The position numbers and the translations under genes are program-made. Under the pieces are notes generated by a model. The model was not told where the DNA came from. It saw only the letters and a list, made by a program, of their open reading frames with translations, and searched no databases. Shown here in pieces: positions 36,183 to 46,584 of a stretch of 63,760 nt of DNA (position 1 is its first letter; the number at the start of each line of letters is the position of its first letter). The stretch lies in contig JBMCWH010000003.1 of the NCBI GenBank assembly GCA_048621635.1, positions 1-63,760 on the forward strand, given 5' to 3'. Source of the stretch: Patescibacteria group bacterium. Its GTDB lineage: Bacteria; Patescibacteriota; WWE3; JAUXAW01; JAYEID01.

Positions 36183-37067
36183 TTAGAGTTCTTCCAGTTC
36201 TTTAGTTTCTTTTTCTGGTCTATCTACGTATTGAAGATATTTTTCTGTGGAGGTTAGTCTTTTGTGCCCGATTAGGTTGGAAATGTATGTAACATCTGCT
36301 CCGCGGCTAAGATGGTGGGCGACAAAAGTATGTCTTAGGGAACTGACTGTTGCATCTTCAATTCCTGCTTTTTCAAAGTATCGATTGAGGGAAGCACGGA
36401 TATTACGGATTAGAAACGGGTTTCCTGTTTTGGTAATAAATAAGATATCGGAGTCACTTTCTGGGCGTACTTCTAGGTAATCCTTTATCGCTTCTTGTGC
36501 CGCTTTGTTTAGCGGTACAGCTCGTCCTGGGCGGCGGTGGGAGGGACGGACGTATAGCTCACCTGGGCCATTGTCGGAAAAGGTAATGTCCTCGATACGT
36601 ACTTCGCGGAGTTCCCCAATGCGGATTCCAGTTTGCAAAAGAAGTTCTACAACTGCGTACATTCTTTTATCATCGCGAACTACGTCGCGCAGGGCTCGAT
36701 ATTCCATTTCTAATAGTATTCGGGGGGGTTTAATTTCAAATTGAGGATGTTTTAAGCGTGATGCGGGGTTTTCGCTTATTTCTCCTTCTTCTTTGAGATG
36801 GCGAAAGAATGTGCGGATAGAATTTATTTTTCTGGAAATAGATTTCTTTGTGTAGCCAGAATCTTCTAAGTCATCGAGGAAAGAGGCAAGGTCTCCATAT
36901 TTTATCTCGTCTGCCTCTGGGTCATCTAAAAATTCTATAAGTTGTCTTATATCCGTTCCATAGGCTAGTACTGTTGATTCTGCCCTGTTTTTTTCTTCCA
37001 GATCTTCTATGAAACCGTCATAATTTTCGCGTAATGTAGCCATTATAGCCTTAAAAATATCAGACAT
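36183..37067 (-). CDS. Tyrosine recombinase (XerC/XerD-like)
   Basis: N-terminal SAM-like domain, then a catalytic region with R..., LRHTFVAHHL, GHKRLTSTEKY. Confidence 0.8.
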   Translation of the reverse strand: MSDIFKAIMATLRENYDGFIEDLEEKNRAESTVLAYGTDIRQLIEFLDDPEADEIKYGDLASFLDDLEDSGYTKKSISRKINSIRTFFRHLKEEGEISENPASRLKHPQFEIKPPRILLEMEYRALRDVVRDDKRMYAVVELLLQTGIRIGELREVRIEDITFSDNGPGELYVRPSHRRPGRAVPLNKAAQEAIKDYLEVRPESDSDILFITKTGNPFLIRNIRASLNRYFEKAGIEDATVSSLRHTFVAHHLSRGADVTYISNLIGHKRLTSTEKYLQYVDRPEKETKELEEL

Positions 37068-37176
37068 GTTTATATCTGTCAATAGTTTATTCTATGAGGC
37101 CCCTGTTATAGACATTAGCGAGAGTATTTTCTGTCCTTTTGTTGCAGTATTTCTTTTCCGTTGGTACTCTTCAAGT

Positions 37177-37578
37177 ATGGCGTATAAATTTCTAAATATA
37201 TTTTCCGGAGACGTGAGTGGAAATAAGTTTTTTAATATAGCTGGAAAATTATTGCTATTACTTTGTATTGTTCTGCTTTTAATGTCTTTATGGAGGGCTT
37301 TGTGGGGAAGTTTGTCGTCATTAGGGCGAGTGCGCCAGTTGAGAAAAGAGGTGGGTCTATTGCAAGAGCGGAATGAAGAGTTAAAGAGCGAGTTAGAAGA
37401 GAAGAAAACATTGCACTTTGTTGAGGAAGTTGCGAGAAGAGATTTAGGTATGGTGAAGGAATCCGAACAAGTGGTAGTTGTTCCTGGAGAAGACTCTCGG
37501 ATGAAGCATGATCCAGTTGGTGATAGTGCTCTTTCTCTGAAAACGTGGAAAGAATGGCTTTTCGTTTTTGGATGGTGA
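37177..37578 (+). CDS. ftsB: Septum formation initiator (FtsB/DivIC family)
   Basis: The ATG at 37177 is followed by a TM helix, a coiled coil (LRKEVGLLQERNEELKSELEE) and EEVARRDLGMVKE. Confidence 0.7.
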   Translation: MAYKFLNIFSGDVSGNKFFNIAGKLLLLLCIVLLLMSLWRALWGSLSSLGRVRQLRKEVGLLQERNEELKSELEEKKTLHFVEEVARRDLGMVKESEQVVVVPGEDSRMKHDPVGDSALSLKTWKEWLFVFGW

Positions 37579-37885
37579 TATAGCGAATAGTTATTCCGCT
37601 CACCGCGTGCCGCTTTCCGTCCTCAGCTACAAATTTGTAGCCGATTCTCAAGCGAGCAACTGACAACTATCTCTCTTTGCACCCTGCACCCCGTACCCTG
37701 TTATCACGGATTAAACGAGTTAAACCTTAAAGGGTTCTCCGGTTATAAGATACAAAATACGATATACGAAATACGGTATATACTGTATTGCCCATTAGCA
37801 TTTGATATTAGGCTTCCACTAAAGCTACTTCCTACTAGTTATAGCTTGAGTGCTTTGTCTATATTTGCTATAATAGTAAGCACGA

Positions 37886-37963
37886 CGCGGGGTGGTGTAG
37901 CGGACTGCATGCGAGGCCCATAACCTCGAGGTAGGAGGGTTCGACTCCCTCCCCCCGCAACCA
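37886..37963 (+). tRNA. Initiator tRNA-fMet (CAT), CCA encoded
   Basis: Starts CGCGGGG and ends CCCCGCAACCA, giving the bacterial initiator C1xA72 mismatch. The anticodon loop is CCCATAA. Confidence 0.8.
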
Positions 37964-38104
37964 TCACGACATCCAAAGTTGCCGAAGGCAACTTCCGCCG
38001 GGATGCCCCGTTGGAAACGAGCGTTAGCGAGTTTTGGATAACGGGGCAGCGATTTTACGGCAGGGTAGCTCAGGTGGCAGATAATAATTTGACAGACTTT
38101 TAAG

Positions 38105-38803
38105 ATGGCTAAGTCAAAAGAACGTTTAAAAGCTAGAAAATTAAGGAGAGCAGGAAGTAGTATTAACGAGATAGCTGAAAAGGTTAATGCGTCAAAAAGC
38201 AGTATAAGTAGGTGGTGTAGAGATGTTGAGTTAATCGAAGAGCAAAGAAGAGACTTGCTTAAGAGAGCAGAAGACGGGGCGGCCAAAGGCCGATTGAAAT
38301 GGGCAAAAATACAGAAGCAACGGCGGTTGACAGAGATTAGAACTTTATGTAAAGAGGGAATTGAAGAAGTGGGAGATTTGAACAGAAGAGATTTTTTTCT
38401 GACCGGGGTAGGTCTCTATTGGACGGAAGGATTTAAATCCAATGACAGATGCGGTTTTATAAACTCCGATCCGGAAATGGTCTGTTTCTTAATCCTTTGG
38501 ATGAAGACCTTTTTTGATCTGGAAGACGAAGATTTTTATGTTAACGTAGATATAAATATTGCTCATAAGGAGAGAATTGAAGAAGTAGAGAAGTTCTGGT
38601 CTGATGTTACAGGGATTCCGGTTGAACGCTTTCGAAACCCCAGTTATAAGCGTTATAAATTAAAGAAGAAATTCGAAAATTTTGAAAATCACTACGGTTC
38701 CTTGCGAGTATATGCAAAGAAAGGAACCAAGAAATTCAGGAAAATAAGAGGCTGGATTGAGGGTTTGAAAGGTAATTTTGATAAAAAGGCTATTGACTAT
38801 TAG
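38105..38803 (+). CDS. Putative LAGLIDADG-type homing endonuclease with an N-terminal HTH
   Basis: 232 aa. HTH (SINEIAEKVNASKSSISRWC) and one LAGLIDADG-like motif (FFLTGVGLYWTEGFK). The stop codon directly abuts tRNA-Met. Confidence 0.5.
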   Translation: MAKSKERLKARKLRRAGSSINEIAEKVNASKSSISRWCRDVELIEEQRRDLLKRAEDGAAKGRLKWAKIQKQRRLTEIRTLCKEGIEEVGDLNRRDFFLTGVGLYWTEGFKSNDRCGFINSDPEMVCFLILWMKTFFDLEDEDFYVNVDINIAHKERIEEVEKFWSDVTGIPVERFRNPSYKRYKLKKKFENFENHYGSLRVYAKKGTKKFRKIRGWIEGLKGNFDKKAIDY

Positions 38804-38877
38804 GGCAGGGTAGCTTAACGGTAGAGCAGAGCTCTCATAAGGCTCCGGAGAGGGTTCGATTCCCTCCCCTGCCACCA
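38804..38877 (+). tRNA. tRNA-Met (CAT; elongator type, or Ile2 if lysidinylated), CCA encoded
   Basis: GGCAGGG/CCCTGCC acceptor, GAGCT-CTCATAA-GGCTC anticodon arm, GAGGG-TTCGATT-CCCTC T arm. Confidence 0.85.
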
Positions 38878-39030
38878 TTTTTTTTACCAACTTTGAGTTT
38901 TAGGACAAGAATTTGTTGTCCGTAGCTTTGTGTTGGGGAACAGTCAACGCGTATCTCTCCAAAACTACGAAAATATCCCCCAGTCATAAAATTAGTGACC
39001 CCTGACAGACTCTTTAGTTATACATGGTGT

Positions 39031-39990
39031 ATGAAACAAATAGGGATCTTGCTAGGTGGTGTTTCTTCAGAACATAGAGTATCTCTCAAATCTGGGCAGG
39101 CAGTGTTGGATAATATTAATCGCAGGAAGTATAAGCCTTGTAAACTTAAAATAAGGGAAGACGGTAGGTGGTGTTTTTCCATTAAAGAACTGAAAGGAAT
39201 GGATTGTGTTTTTATTGCTTTACACGGGAAGGGTGGGGAGGACGGTACAATACAGGGTTTTTTAGAAACATTGGGTGTAAATTACACTGGACCGGGGGTG
39301 TTTTCATCTGCTCTAGGAATGGATAAATACAGTTGTAAAGAGCTATGGAAAGGGCATGATTTGCCAACAATACCGCATCAGATTGTTGAAACACCGCAAG
39401 AATGTCTTAGTAATCATTTTCCTTTTGTTCTTAAACCTCGGAAGGAAGGTTCTTCTCTAGGCATATCGATTGTGAGAAAAGAAGCAGAAGTTGGAGAATG
39501 CTTTGAAAATGCCCGTCATTATGACGAAGATGTTTTGTTAGAGCCTTATATAAAAGGAAGAGAGTTGACTGTAGGCGTGTTAAATATTTCCGGACAGCTA
39601 AAAGCTTTGCCTATAGTTGAGATTATACCGGCTACAGAATTTTATAATTATGAAGCTAAGTACAACCGTAGTGATACGGAATATATTGTTCCTGCAAACC
39701 TTTCGGCGAAGGTAACACGGAAAATACAAGAAATTGCTGTGAGAGCCTGTAAGATAATTAAAATAAATTCTTTCTCCCGTGTAGATTTCTTGTTAGAGAC
39801 TACGCACCCTTACTTGTTGGAAGTGAATACTATACCAGGTCTTACTTCCCATTCTCTTCTTCCCAAAGCCGCCCAAGCTAATGGTATTTCTTTTACTGAA
39901 TTGATTAGTAGAATGATCGAAGGGGGCTTTAACAATCGAACAACCCGTCTGCCGACCCGTTTCGATGCGAGGCGCGCGGGGCAGGTTTAA
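39031..39990 (+). CDS. ddl: D-alanine--D-alanine ligase
   Basis: MKQIGILLGGVSSEHRVSL, ALHGKGGEDGTIQG, ATP-grasp motifs, and EVNTIPGLT. The last ~20 aa run into a GC-rich repeat. Confidence 0.9.
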   Translation: MKQIGILLGGVSSEHRVSLKSGQAVLDNINRRKYKPCKLKIREDGRWCFSIKELKGMDCVFIALHGKGGEDGTIQGFLETLGVNYTGPGVFSSALGMDKYSCKELWKGHDLPTIPHQIVETPQECLSNHFPFVLKPRKEGSSLGISIVRKEAEVGECFENARHYDEDVLLEPYIKGRELTVGVLNISGQLKALPIVEIIPATEFYNYEAKYNRSDTEYIVPANLSAKVTRKIQEIAVRACKIIKINSFSRVDFLLETTHPYLLEVNTIPGLTSHSLLPKAAQANGISFTELISRMIEGGFNNRTTRLPTRFDARRAGQV

Positions 39991-40265
39991 CCTTTGCGGT
40001 TTTCCTTGGCTGGCTTTTTTCCTTCCTCGGCTCTCTCCCGTTCCCGATTTTAGGTCGGAAAACCAGCCCACCAGCTAACTAGCTTACTTGACTTTTCTTT
40101 ATTCTTGAAGCTCTTCTATACGAGATACAAAATACGAGATATACAATCCGGTATACCAGCTGTGTCATAGTTATCATTGCTTAACTTTTGGTTACCTTTT
40201 AGAGGCAAATGTTAAAGGGCAGTGGTTAGCTGTCAACCATTGCTGGTCTCTTGTTTTAGTATTCA

Positions 40266-42200
40266 GTGGCTGAAAATAGCTTGAGGCTGTGGTATAATCT
40301 ATATGCTGTGGATAATTCATTATTAGACAAATCGAAAAAGCAAGGCATTCCTACTCCTCAAGAAAATAAAAATAATTTAGTAAAAAATTTTATTCTTTAC
40401 GGTTTTCTTGCCTTGGCAGCTTTTGTTGTGCTTATGGCTTTTGGTTCATTAGGTGAGTCTGTAGAGGAAAAGTCAATCACCGAGGTGTTGTCATATATTC
40501 GGAAAGGGTCGGTTCAGGAAGTGGTTGTTTCTGGGGATGACCTACGTGTTACTTTGGACGATGGGAAAAAAGTGCGTGCTGTTAAGGAGCCAGACCAAAG
40601 TTTTATTTCCCTGCTTACGGAACAAGGTCTAAGTGTTGATGATATTGCGGAAAGCATAAAGGTAGAGGAGCCAACAGATATTTCTTGGGTAGATATTGTA
40701 ATCAACTTTTTGCCCCTTGTCTTAATGGTGGTCTTTTTTGTTATGTTATTCAAACGTGCTGGTGGGAATGGGGGACCAGGTGGAGGATTGCTTAGTTTTG
40801 GGAAAAGTAAAGCACAACGGTTTGGTAAAGAACAGCCACAAGTCAGTTTTGATGATGCTGCCGGTTTAGATACTGCTAAAAAAGAGTTACGAGAGGTAGT
40901 TGATTTTTTGAAAAATCCGGGCAAATATCGAAAATTGGGGGCTAGAATTCCGAAAGGTGTTTTGTTAGTCGGTCCAGCAGGTACTGGTAAAACTCTCCTT
41001 GCACGCGCAGTAGCTTCAGAGGCGAATGTTCCTTTCTTTTCAGTAGCCGGTTCAGAGTTTATGGAAATGTTGGTTGGTGTAGGATCTGCACGCGTGCGAG
41101 ATTTGTTTAAAACTGCTAAGCAAAATGCTCCTAGCTTGGTGTTTATTGACGAGATAGAAACTATTGGCCGGCATCGTGGTGCTTCTATGATGTCTCAAGG
41201 TGAACAGGAGCAGACTCTTAATCAAATTTTAACAGAAATGGATGGTTTTGAACCTAATGCAGGGGTAGTGGTTATTGGTGCGACTAATCGACCACAACTT
41301 TTGGATCCTGCTCTGGTTCGTCCTGGTCGGTTTGATCGCCGTATTGTGCTGAATCTTCCTGATATTGAAGGGCGGGAGGGGATTATTAAGATCCATATGA
41401 AGGGAAAACCTTTTACTGATGATGTGGATGTGGAACGGCTGGCGCGGAGAACTGCAGGGTTTTCTGGGGCAGATATTGAAAATATGCTGAATGAGGCTGC
41501 TATTCTTGCTGCTCGGGAAGGAAAAAAGAAAATAGGCAAAGAGGAGCTGGAAGAAGCTGCAACTAAAGTAAAGTTGGGTCCAGCCAAGAAACGGTTGCAA
41601 ACAGAAGAGGAACGGCGTTTAACAGCTTTTCATGAAGCGGGGCACGCAGTTGTGTCTTACAGTCTTCCCAACACAGATCCTGTCCACCGAGTTTCTATTG
41701 TTTCCCGCGGCCTAGCTCTTGGATTTACGATGATCCCTCCTACTGTAGATCGTTATAACCAAACCCAGACTAGGCTTGAGGAACAGATAGTAGCTCTTCT
41801 TGGTGGGCGTGCTGCGGAAAGTATGGCCTTAGGTGAGTTTAGTATTGGAGCCTCTTCGGATATTCAGGAGGCAACTAAGATTGCTCGCAAAATGGTTACG
41901 GAATACGGAATGAGTTCTTTGGGTCCTATTTCTTTGGTTTCTTACGACCGTGGAGGGTCCGATGATAATTTCTCTTGGAGAGGGGGCTTATCAGAAAAGA
42001 TAGAATATTCGGAGGAAATGGAAAAGAAAATAGATCGGGAGGTTAAGAAAATTATCGATCAAAGTTTTGAACGGGCGAGAAAAGAGCTAGAAAATCGGCA
42101 GGATGTGTTGGAAAGGGTGGCGGAGAAACTTATGGAACAAGAAACAATTGGTGGAGATGAGTTTAGGAAATTGATGGAGGGAGATCTTTCTGAGGAGTAG
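40266..42200 (+). CDS. ftsH: ATP-dependent zinc metalloprotease FtsH
   Basis: [15 protein letters not shown], the SRH region, and the zinc site HEAGHAV. The GTG start is uncertain. Confidence 0.93.
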   Translation: MAENSLRLWYNLYAVDNSLLDKSKKQGIPTPQENKNNLVKNFILYGFLALAAFVVLMAFGSLGESVEEKSITEVLSYIRKGSVQEVVVSGDDLRVTLDDGKKVRAVKEPDQSFISLLTEQGLSVDDIAESIKVEEPTDISWVDIVINFLPLVLMVVFFVMLFKRAGGNGGPGGGLLSFGKSKAQRFGKEQPQVSFDDAAGLDTAKKELREVVDFLKNPGKYRKLGARIPKGVLLVGPAGTGKTLLARAVASEANVPFFSVAGSEFMEMLVGVGSARVRDLFKTAKQNAPSLVFIDEIETIGRHRGASMMSQGEQEQTLNQILTEMDGFEPNAGVVVIGATNRPQLLDPALVRPGRFDRRIVLNLPDIEGREGIIKIHMKGKPFTDDVDVERLARRTAGFSGADIENMLNEAAILAAREGKKKIGKEELEEAATKVKLGPAKKRLQTEEERRLTAFHEAGHAVVSYSLPNTDPVHRVSIVSRGLALGFTMIPPTVDRYNQTQTRLEEQIVALLGGRAAESMALGEFSIGASSDIQEATKIARKMVTEYGMSSLGPISLVSYDRGGSDDNFSWRGGLSEKIEYSEEMEKKIDREVKKIIDQSFERARKELENRQDVLERVAEKLMEQETIGGDEFRKLMEGDLSEE

Positions 42201-42209
42201 CTTTGCATT

Positions 42210-43106
42210 ATGGTATCTTCTACCACCAATAATAAGCTGATTTTAGTTGATGGCCATTCTGTTCTGCACCGTGCTTATCACGCTTTTCCTAAATCCTTAT
42301 CTACTTCGGAAGGCGAGCTTACTAATGCTGTCTACGGATTTACCCGCGGTCTTCTTTCTGTTTTGGGAAAATTTGGACCCCAGTGGATTGCTGTTTGTTT
42401 TGACACCGCTGGCCCAACTTTTCGCCATGAGGAATACAAACCGTACAAAGAACATCGTCCAGAAATGGAGGAAGAATTAAAAGTTCAATTAGACAGAGTT
42501 CACCAGGTAGTAGAAACTTTTGATTTTCCTACTTTTGAAATGGAAGGCTATGAGGCAGATGACCTAATTGGTACTTTGTGTTTGCAAGCAGAAAAGAAGG
42601 ATCAAATTAGCGAGATAGTTGTGGTTACGGATGATCGTGATTTGCTACAGTTAGTTAATGAAAAAATAAAAGTTTATCTTGCTCGCAGAGATGAAGTTTG
42701 GGACAAAGATAAAGTTCGGAAGGAATACGGTTTTGAGCCGAAGAAGATAGTTGACTACAAGGCTTTACGCGGTGACCCTTCTGACAATATTCCTGGTGTT
42801 CGGGGTGTAGGTCCCCAAAGAGCCAAAGATTTGTTGGCAAATTTTTCTAGTTTGGAGGATATTTATCAGCATCTGGAGGAAGTTGATCCGAAGATTTCAA
42901 AGCTATTAACTGCTTCCGAAGACAATGCCCGCGTTTCTAAAAGACTAGCTGATGTTTTACGTAATTTACCTATTGAACTTGATTTGGAAAAGTGTCGTAC
43001 TTCGACGTTGGATAGAGAGGAACTGAAGAGTCTTTTTATGGAGTTAGAATTTAATTCTTTACTGAAAAAGCTTCCGGAAAAAAATCCGCAAATGCCACTT
43101 CTGTAA
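42210..43106 (+). CDS. Stand-alone 5'-3' exonuclease (FEN-like, Pol I N-terminal domain homologue)
   Basis: LILVDGHSVLHRAYHA, the acidic cluster VVTDDRDLLQL, and the H3TH segment GDPSDNIPGVRGVG. At 298 aa there is no polymerase domain. Confidence 0.85.
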   Translation: MVSSTTNNKLILVDGHSVLHRAYHAFPKSLSTSEGELTNAVYGFTRGLLSVLGKFGPQWIAVCFDTAGPTFRHEEYKPYKEHRPEMEEELKVQLDRVHQVVETFDFPTFEMEGYEADDLIGTLCLQAEKKDQISEIVVVTDDRDLLQLVNEKIKVYLARRDEVWDKDKVRKEYGFEPKKIVDYKALRGDPSDNIPGVRGVGPQRAKDLLANFSSLEDIYQHLEEVDPKISKLLTASEDNARVSKRLADVLRNLPIELDLEKCRTSTLDREELKSLFMELEFNSLLKKLPEKNPQMPLL

Positions 43107-43196
43107 ACAGGTTCTTATATACCCAACTACTAGCTACTAACTGCTCCTAATTACTATTTACTACTAATCAGCAAATTTGTTTGCTAAACTTGGTAT

Positions 43197-44333
43197 ATGA
43201 AAGTTGCTTTAGTACACGATTATCTTACCCGGTTAGGGGGTGCGGAGCGTGTGTTAGCTGCTTTTTCTGAGCTTTGGCCTGATGCGAAGTTATTTACCTT
43301 GTTGAAGAAGCCTTTTACTCGAGAGTCTTTTTCTCAGGAAATTAGCACTTCCTTTTTAGATCAATTTCCTGCCAAGATAAAAACTTCCAAATTTTTTGTT
43401 CCTTTGTATCCTTTTTTAGTAGAGAGATTTGATTTGTCCCCTTTCGATGTGGTTGTTTCCTCAGGTTATTTTTCTAAGGCGGTACTAACCTATCCTGATC
43501 AATTACATATTAATTATTGTCATACCCCCCCACGTTTTCTTTATCACTATTCGACAGAGGCCCCAATCCGCAAAAGTTTACTAGGTAAAATTTCCTTGCC
43601 TCTGCTTGATCATAAATTACGTGTTTGGGATTTTCTCTCTGCACAGAGGCCAGATACTATTGTTGCTAACTCAGAAACAGTAGCTTCCAGAATTAGAAGT
43701 ATTTGGCGGCGCAATGTGGAAGTTGTTTACCCCCCTGTGGAAATTGACCCCGTTGACAATAATCCGTTAAGGAGTGGTAAGAATTCCCCGATTGGCAAGC
43801 AGCGGAACCATCAGGTTGGGTATTTTCTTGTTGTTTCCCGTTTAGAAACCTACAAAAATGTTGATGTCGTTATTGAAGCGTGTAACAGGTTACAGGTGCC
43901 ATTGAAGATTGTGGGGACTGGTTCTGAGCAAAAGGATCTTGAAAGTTTGGCAGGGCCGACAACCAAATTTTTAGGGCGCGTTTCGGATCAAGAACTAAAT
44001 TCCCTTTATAGACGGGCAGGCGCATTGATTGTTGCTGCTTCTGAAGAGGATTTTGGCATTACTCCTGTAGAAGCAATGAGCAAGGGAACACCAGTGGTTG
44101 CTTTGCGAAGCGGGGGTTTCCAAGAAACTGTAGTGGAAGGAAAGACAGGCCTTTTCTTTGAGCAGCCAGAAGTTACTATTTTGGTTAAAGTCTTGCAACA
44201 AATGGATACCTTTTATTGTCGGGAAAAAGATTGTTATAAACAAGCGGAAAAGTTCTCCAAGCGCCGCTTTAAAGCAAGGTTTCATACTCTTGTGCAACGT
44301 TGGTGGCAGGATAAGCGCGAATCCTTGGCGTAG
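43197..44333 (+). CDS. Glycosyltransferase family 4 (GT-B fold)
   Basis: MKVALVHDYL.. at the N-terminus and the EEDFGITPVEAMSKGTPVVA E-X7-E motif. Confidence 0.8.
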   Translation: MKVALVHDYLTRLGGAERVLAAFSELWPDAKLFTLLKKPFTRESFSQEISTSFLDQFPAKIKTSKFFVPLYPFLVERFDLSPFDVVVSSGYFSKAVLTYPDQLHINYCHTPPRFLYHYSTEAPIRKSLLGKISLPLLDHKLRVWDFLSAQRPDTIVANSETVASRIRSIWRRNVEVVYPPVEIDPVDNNPLRSGKNSPIGKQRNHQVGYFLVVSRLETYKNVDVVIEACNRLQVPLKIVGTGSEQKDLESLAGPTTKFLGRVSDQELNSLYRRAGALIVAASEEDFGITPVEAMSKGTPVVALRSGGFQETVVEGKTGLFFEQPEVTILVKVLQQMDTFYCREKDCYKQAEKFSKRRFKARFHTLVQRWWQDKRESLA

Positions 44334-44369
44334 TTGTTTTTCCTCTTTGTGTTAGAATAGTCCTCAGAT

Positions 44370-45200
44370 ATGCCGGAATTACCGGAAGTAGAGACAATTA
44401 AGAGACAGCTTGCGGATGAGTTAGTGGGGCTGGAGATTAAAGGTGTAGTTTGCAAAGATGAACGATTGCTTCAACCTGATACGCAGACAGTGGGACGGGC
44501 CGTTGTTGAAGCTGTTTTTAAAGATGTTGATAGGACAGCTAAGCTCCTTATTTTTACTTTAGCAAAAGAAGGAGAAACGTTTTACCTGTTGTGCCATTTG
44601 CGCATGTCGGGGAGATTATTTTTTCGTAACCAATCTGATCCAGAAGATGATTATGTGGGAGTGACAATCAAGCTGTCCCAAGGAAAAGAGTTGCGTTTTG
44701 CTAGTGCGCGTAAGTTTGGGTATATCCGTTTGGCAGATGAGCAGGAAATGCAGGAAACCTTGAAAAAATACGGTCCAGAGCCTTTAGACGATTTAACTTT
44801 TGAAAAATTTAAGAATATTCTTGCTGATACAAGGGCGATGGTTAAGACAGTTTTGATGGATCAAAAAAGAATTGCGGGAGTAGGTAATATTTATGCTAAC
44901 GACGCCTTGTTTTTGGCAGAAATAAACCCAGAGACTCCGGCAAATAAACTTTCGGCTGGAGAAAAAGAAACTCTTTACAATGCCTTAGAACAGGTGCTTA
45001 AGGAAGGTTTGGATACAGAAGGAGCATCGGATCAGTGGTACCGAAACGCTTACGGTGGGAAAGGATCTTATCAAGAGCATTTTAAAGTTTACGGCAAAGC
45101 TGGAGAGTCTTGCCCGGAATGTGGCGGAACTATTAAAAGGATAAAGGTGGGTGGGCGAGGTACCTTCATCTGTCCCAATTGCCAGAAAAAAAGTACTTAA
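44370..45200 (+). CDS. mutM: Formamidopyrimidine-DNA glycosylase
   Basis: MPELPEVETI N-terminus, H2TH region, and a C-terminal zinc finger CPECGG...CPNCQ. Confidence 0.93.
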   Translation: MPELPEVETIKRQLADELVGLEIKGVVCKDERLLQPDTQTVGRAVVEAVFKDVDRTAKLLIFTLAKEGETFYLLCHLRMSGRLFFRNQSDPEDDYVGVTIKLSQGKELRFASARKFGYIRLADEQEMQETLKKYGPEPLDDLTFEKFKNILADTRAMVKTVLMDQKRIAGVGNIYANDALFLAEINPETPANKLSAGEKETLYNALEQVLKEGLDTEGASDQWYRNAYGGKGSYQEHFKVYGKAGESCPECGGTIKRIKVGGRGTFICPNCQKKST

Positions 45201-45336
45201 AGAATAAGTGCTAGATAATAAAGAAAAAGAGACTAGGGACTGATATAGCGAATTATTACGACTAGGAAAGGAAAGAGGTCCACACAGTTTATCGGCAATA
45301 AGCAATTGAATACTATAACTATTTAATTATTGAACC

Positions 45337-46497
45337 ATGATTTTAAAAGAATTATCTTTAACTAATTTTAGGAATTACGTTTCCAAAACTTTTTCTTTTT
45401 CTCCGCAAACAACTTTGATTGTTGGTCCTAATACTGCAGGTAAAACCAATTTGTTGGAAGCTATTTATTTACTTTCCGTAGGCGACTCTCTAGCTGCTTC
45501 TTCTGATGCGGAACTGATTCTGCTTGATAAGGCTTGGGGAAGAGTGGAGTTGGTAGCAGAACAGAAAGATGTTGTTCAGGATGACCTTCCTGATGTGGAT
45601 TTGTCTGTGGCTGAACAGCCTGTTGATAAAGACGATCAAATGAATTTTGAAGTTTTTATTAAAAGAGAAGGGAAAACGCGCGCGCAAAAAATTTTCAAGA
45701 TCAATGGTGTGGAAATAAGTAAGCGGGATTTCCAAGGCCAGTTTAAGATTGTTATTTTTTCCCCAACCACCCTGGATCTGGTTTTAGGAAGTCCTTCCGG
45801 GCGGAGATCTTATTTGGATAGGGTGCTTTCTTCTATAAAAGATACTTACTACCAAAACCTGCAAGATTACAAGAAAGTAGTTCGGAACAGGAATAAATTA
45901 TTGTGGATGATTAGAGAGAACAATGTTTCTGAACAACGCTTGTCTTATTGGAATACTCAGCTTTTTGAATTGGGAGGGGAGATTCACAAACATAGAAAGA
46001 CGTTGGTTACTAGACTTAACAATGAGTTAGCAGATTTGGGTTGGGGGATACGGTTGCAGTATACTCCTAGTAGATTGGTTAAGGAACGTTATAAGGAAAG
46101 ATTATCTGAGGAAGTTGAAAAAGCTACTACGTGTTTTGGACCGCACAGGGATGATTTTCAATTTTTGGGTTTAGTTAATGATGTGAGAAAAAGACAGTCG
46201 GAAACTACTGGGAATGGTAAAGAGGGGATTAACAGAGACTTAGCTGTTTTTGGGTCGCGAGGGGAGCAGCGGGAAGCAGTTTTAGCACTTTGTCTGGCGG
46301 AGTTAGAAGTTGTCACTGATTTTTCCAATCAGCGTCCTCTTCTTCTCTTGGATGATATTTTTTCTGAACTGGATCAGAAACACCGGGAAAAAATTTGTTC
46401 TACTCTTTCTCGTCAACAAACTATAATTACTTCTGCTGAGCCTGAATTGTTGAATTCCGGCTTAATGGATAATGCGCACTTAGTTAATTTGGATTAG
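45337..46497 (+). CDS. recF: DNA replication/repair protein RecF
   Basis: LSLTNFRNY, GPNTAGKTNLLEAIY, and the C-terminal signature/Walker B region LLLLDDIFSELD. Confidence 0.9.
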   Translation: MILKELSLTNFRNYVSKTFSFSPQTTLIVGPNTAGKTNLLEAIYLLSVGDSLAASSDAELILLDKAWGRVELVAEQKDVVQDDLPDVDLSVAEQPVDKDDQMNFEVFIKREGKTRAQKIFKINGVEISKRDFQGQFKIVIFSPTTLDLVLGSPSGRRSYLDRVLSSIKDTYYQNLQDYKKVVRNRNKLLWMIRENNVSEQRLSYWNTQLFELGGEIHKHRKTLVTRLNNELADLGWGIRLQYTPSRLVKERYKERLSEEVEKATTCFGPHRDDFQFLGLVNDVRKRQSETTGNGKEGINRDLAVFGSRGEQREAVLALCLAELEVVTDFSNQRPLLLLDDIFSELDQKHREKICSTLSRQQTIITSAEPELLNSGLMDNAHLVNLD

Positions 46498-46584
46498 AGA
46501 AAGAAATTGGAGACTAGAGACTAGTAACTGGTAATTAGAATTTCGTATACCGTTATTATTTGTAGTAATTCGCCATATCAACAA

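Noticed and set aside
33050-37963. Integrated mobile element bounded by tRNA-Ile(UAU) and tRNA-fMet and carrying the tyrosine recombinase
   Set aside because: I found no direct repeat of a tRNA 3' end. The cargo is a P-type ATPase plus ftsB, which look like core genes. The recombinase has a Xer-like domain organisation consistent with chromosome dimer resolution.
37825-38286. 153-aa minus-strand ORF
   Set aside because: It runs antisense through tRNA-fMet and the 5' end of the LAGLIDADG-like gene, has low-complexity composition, and is spurious.
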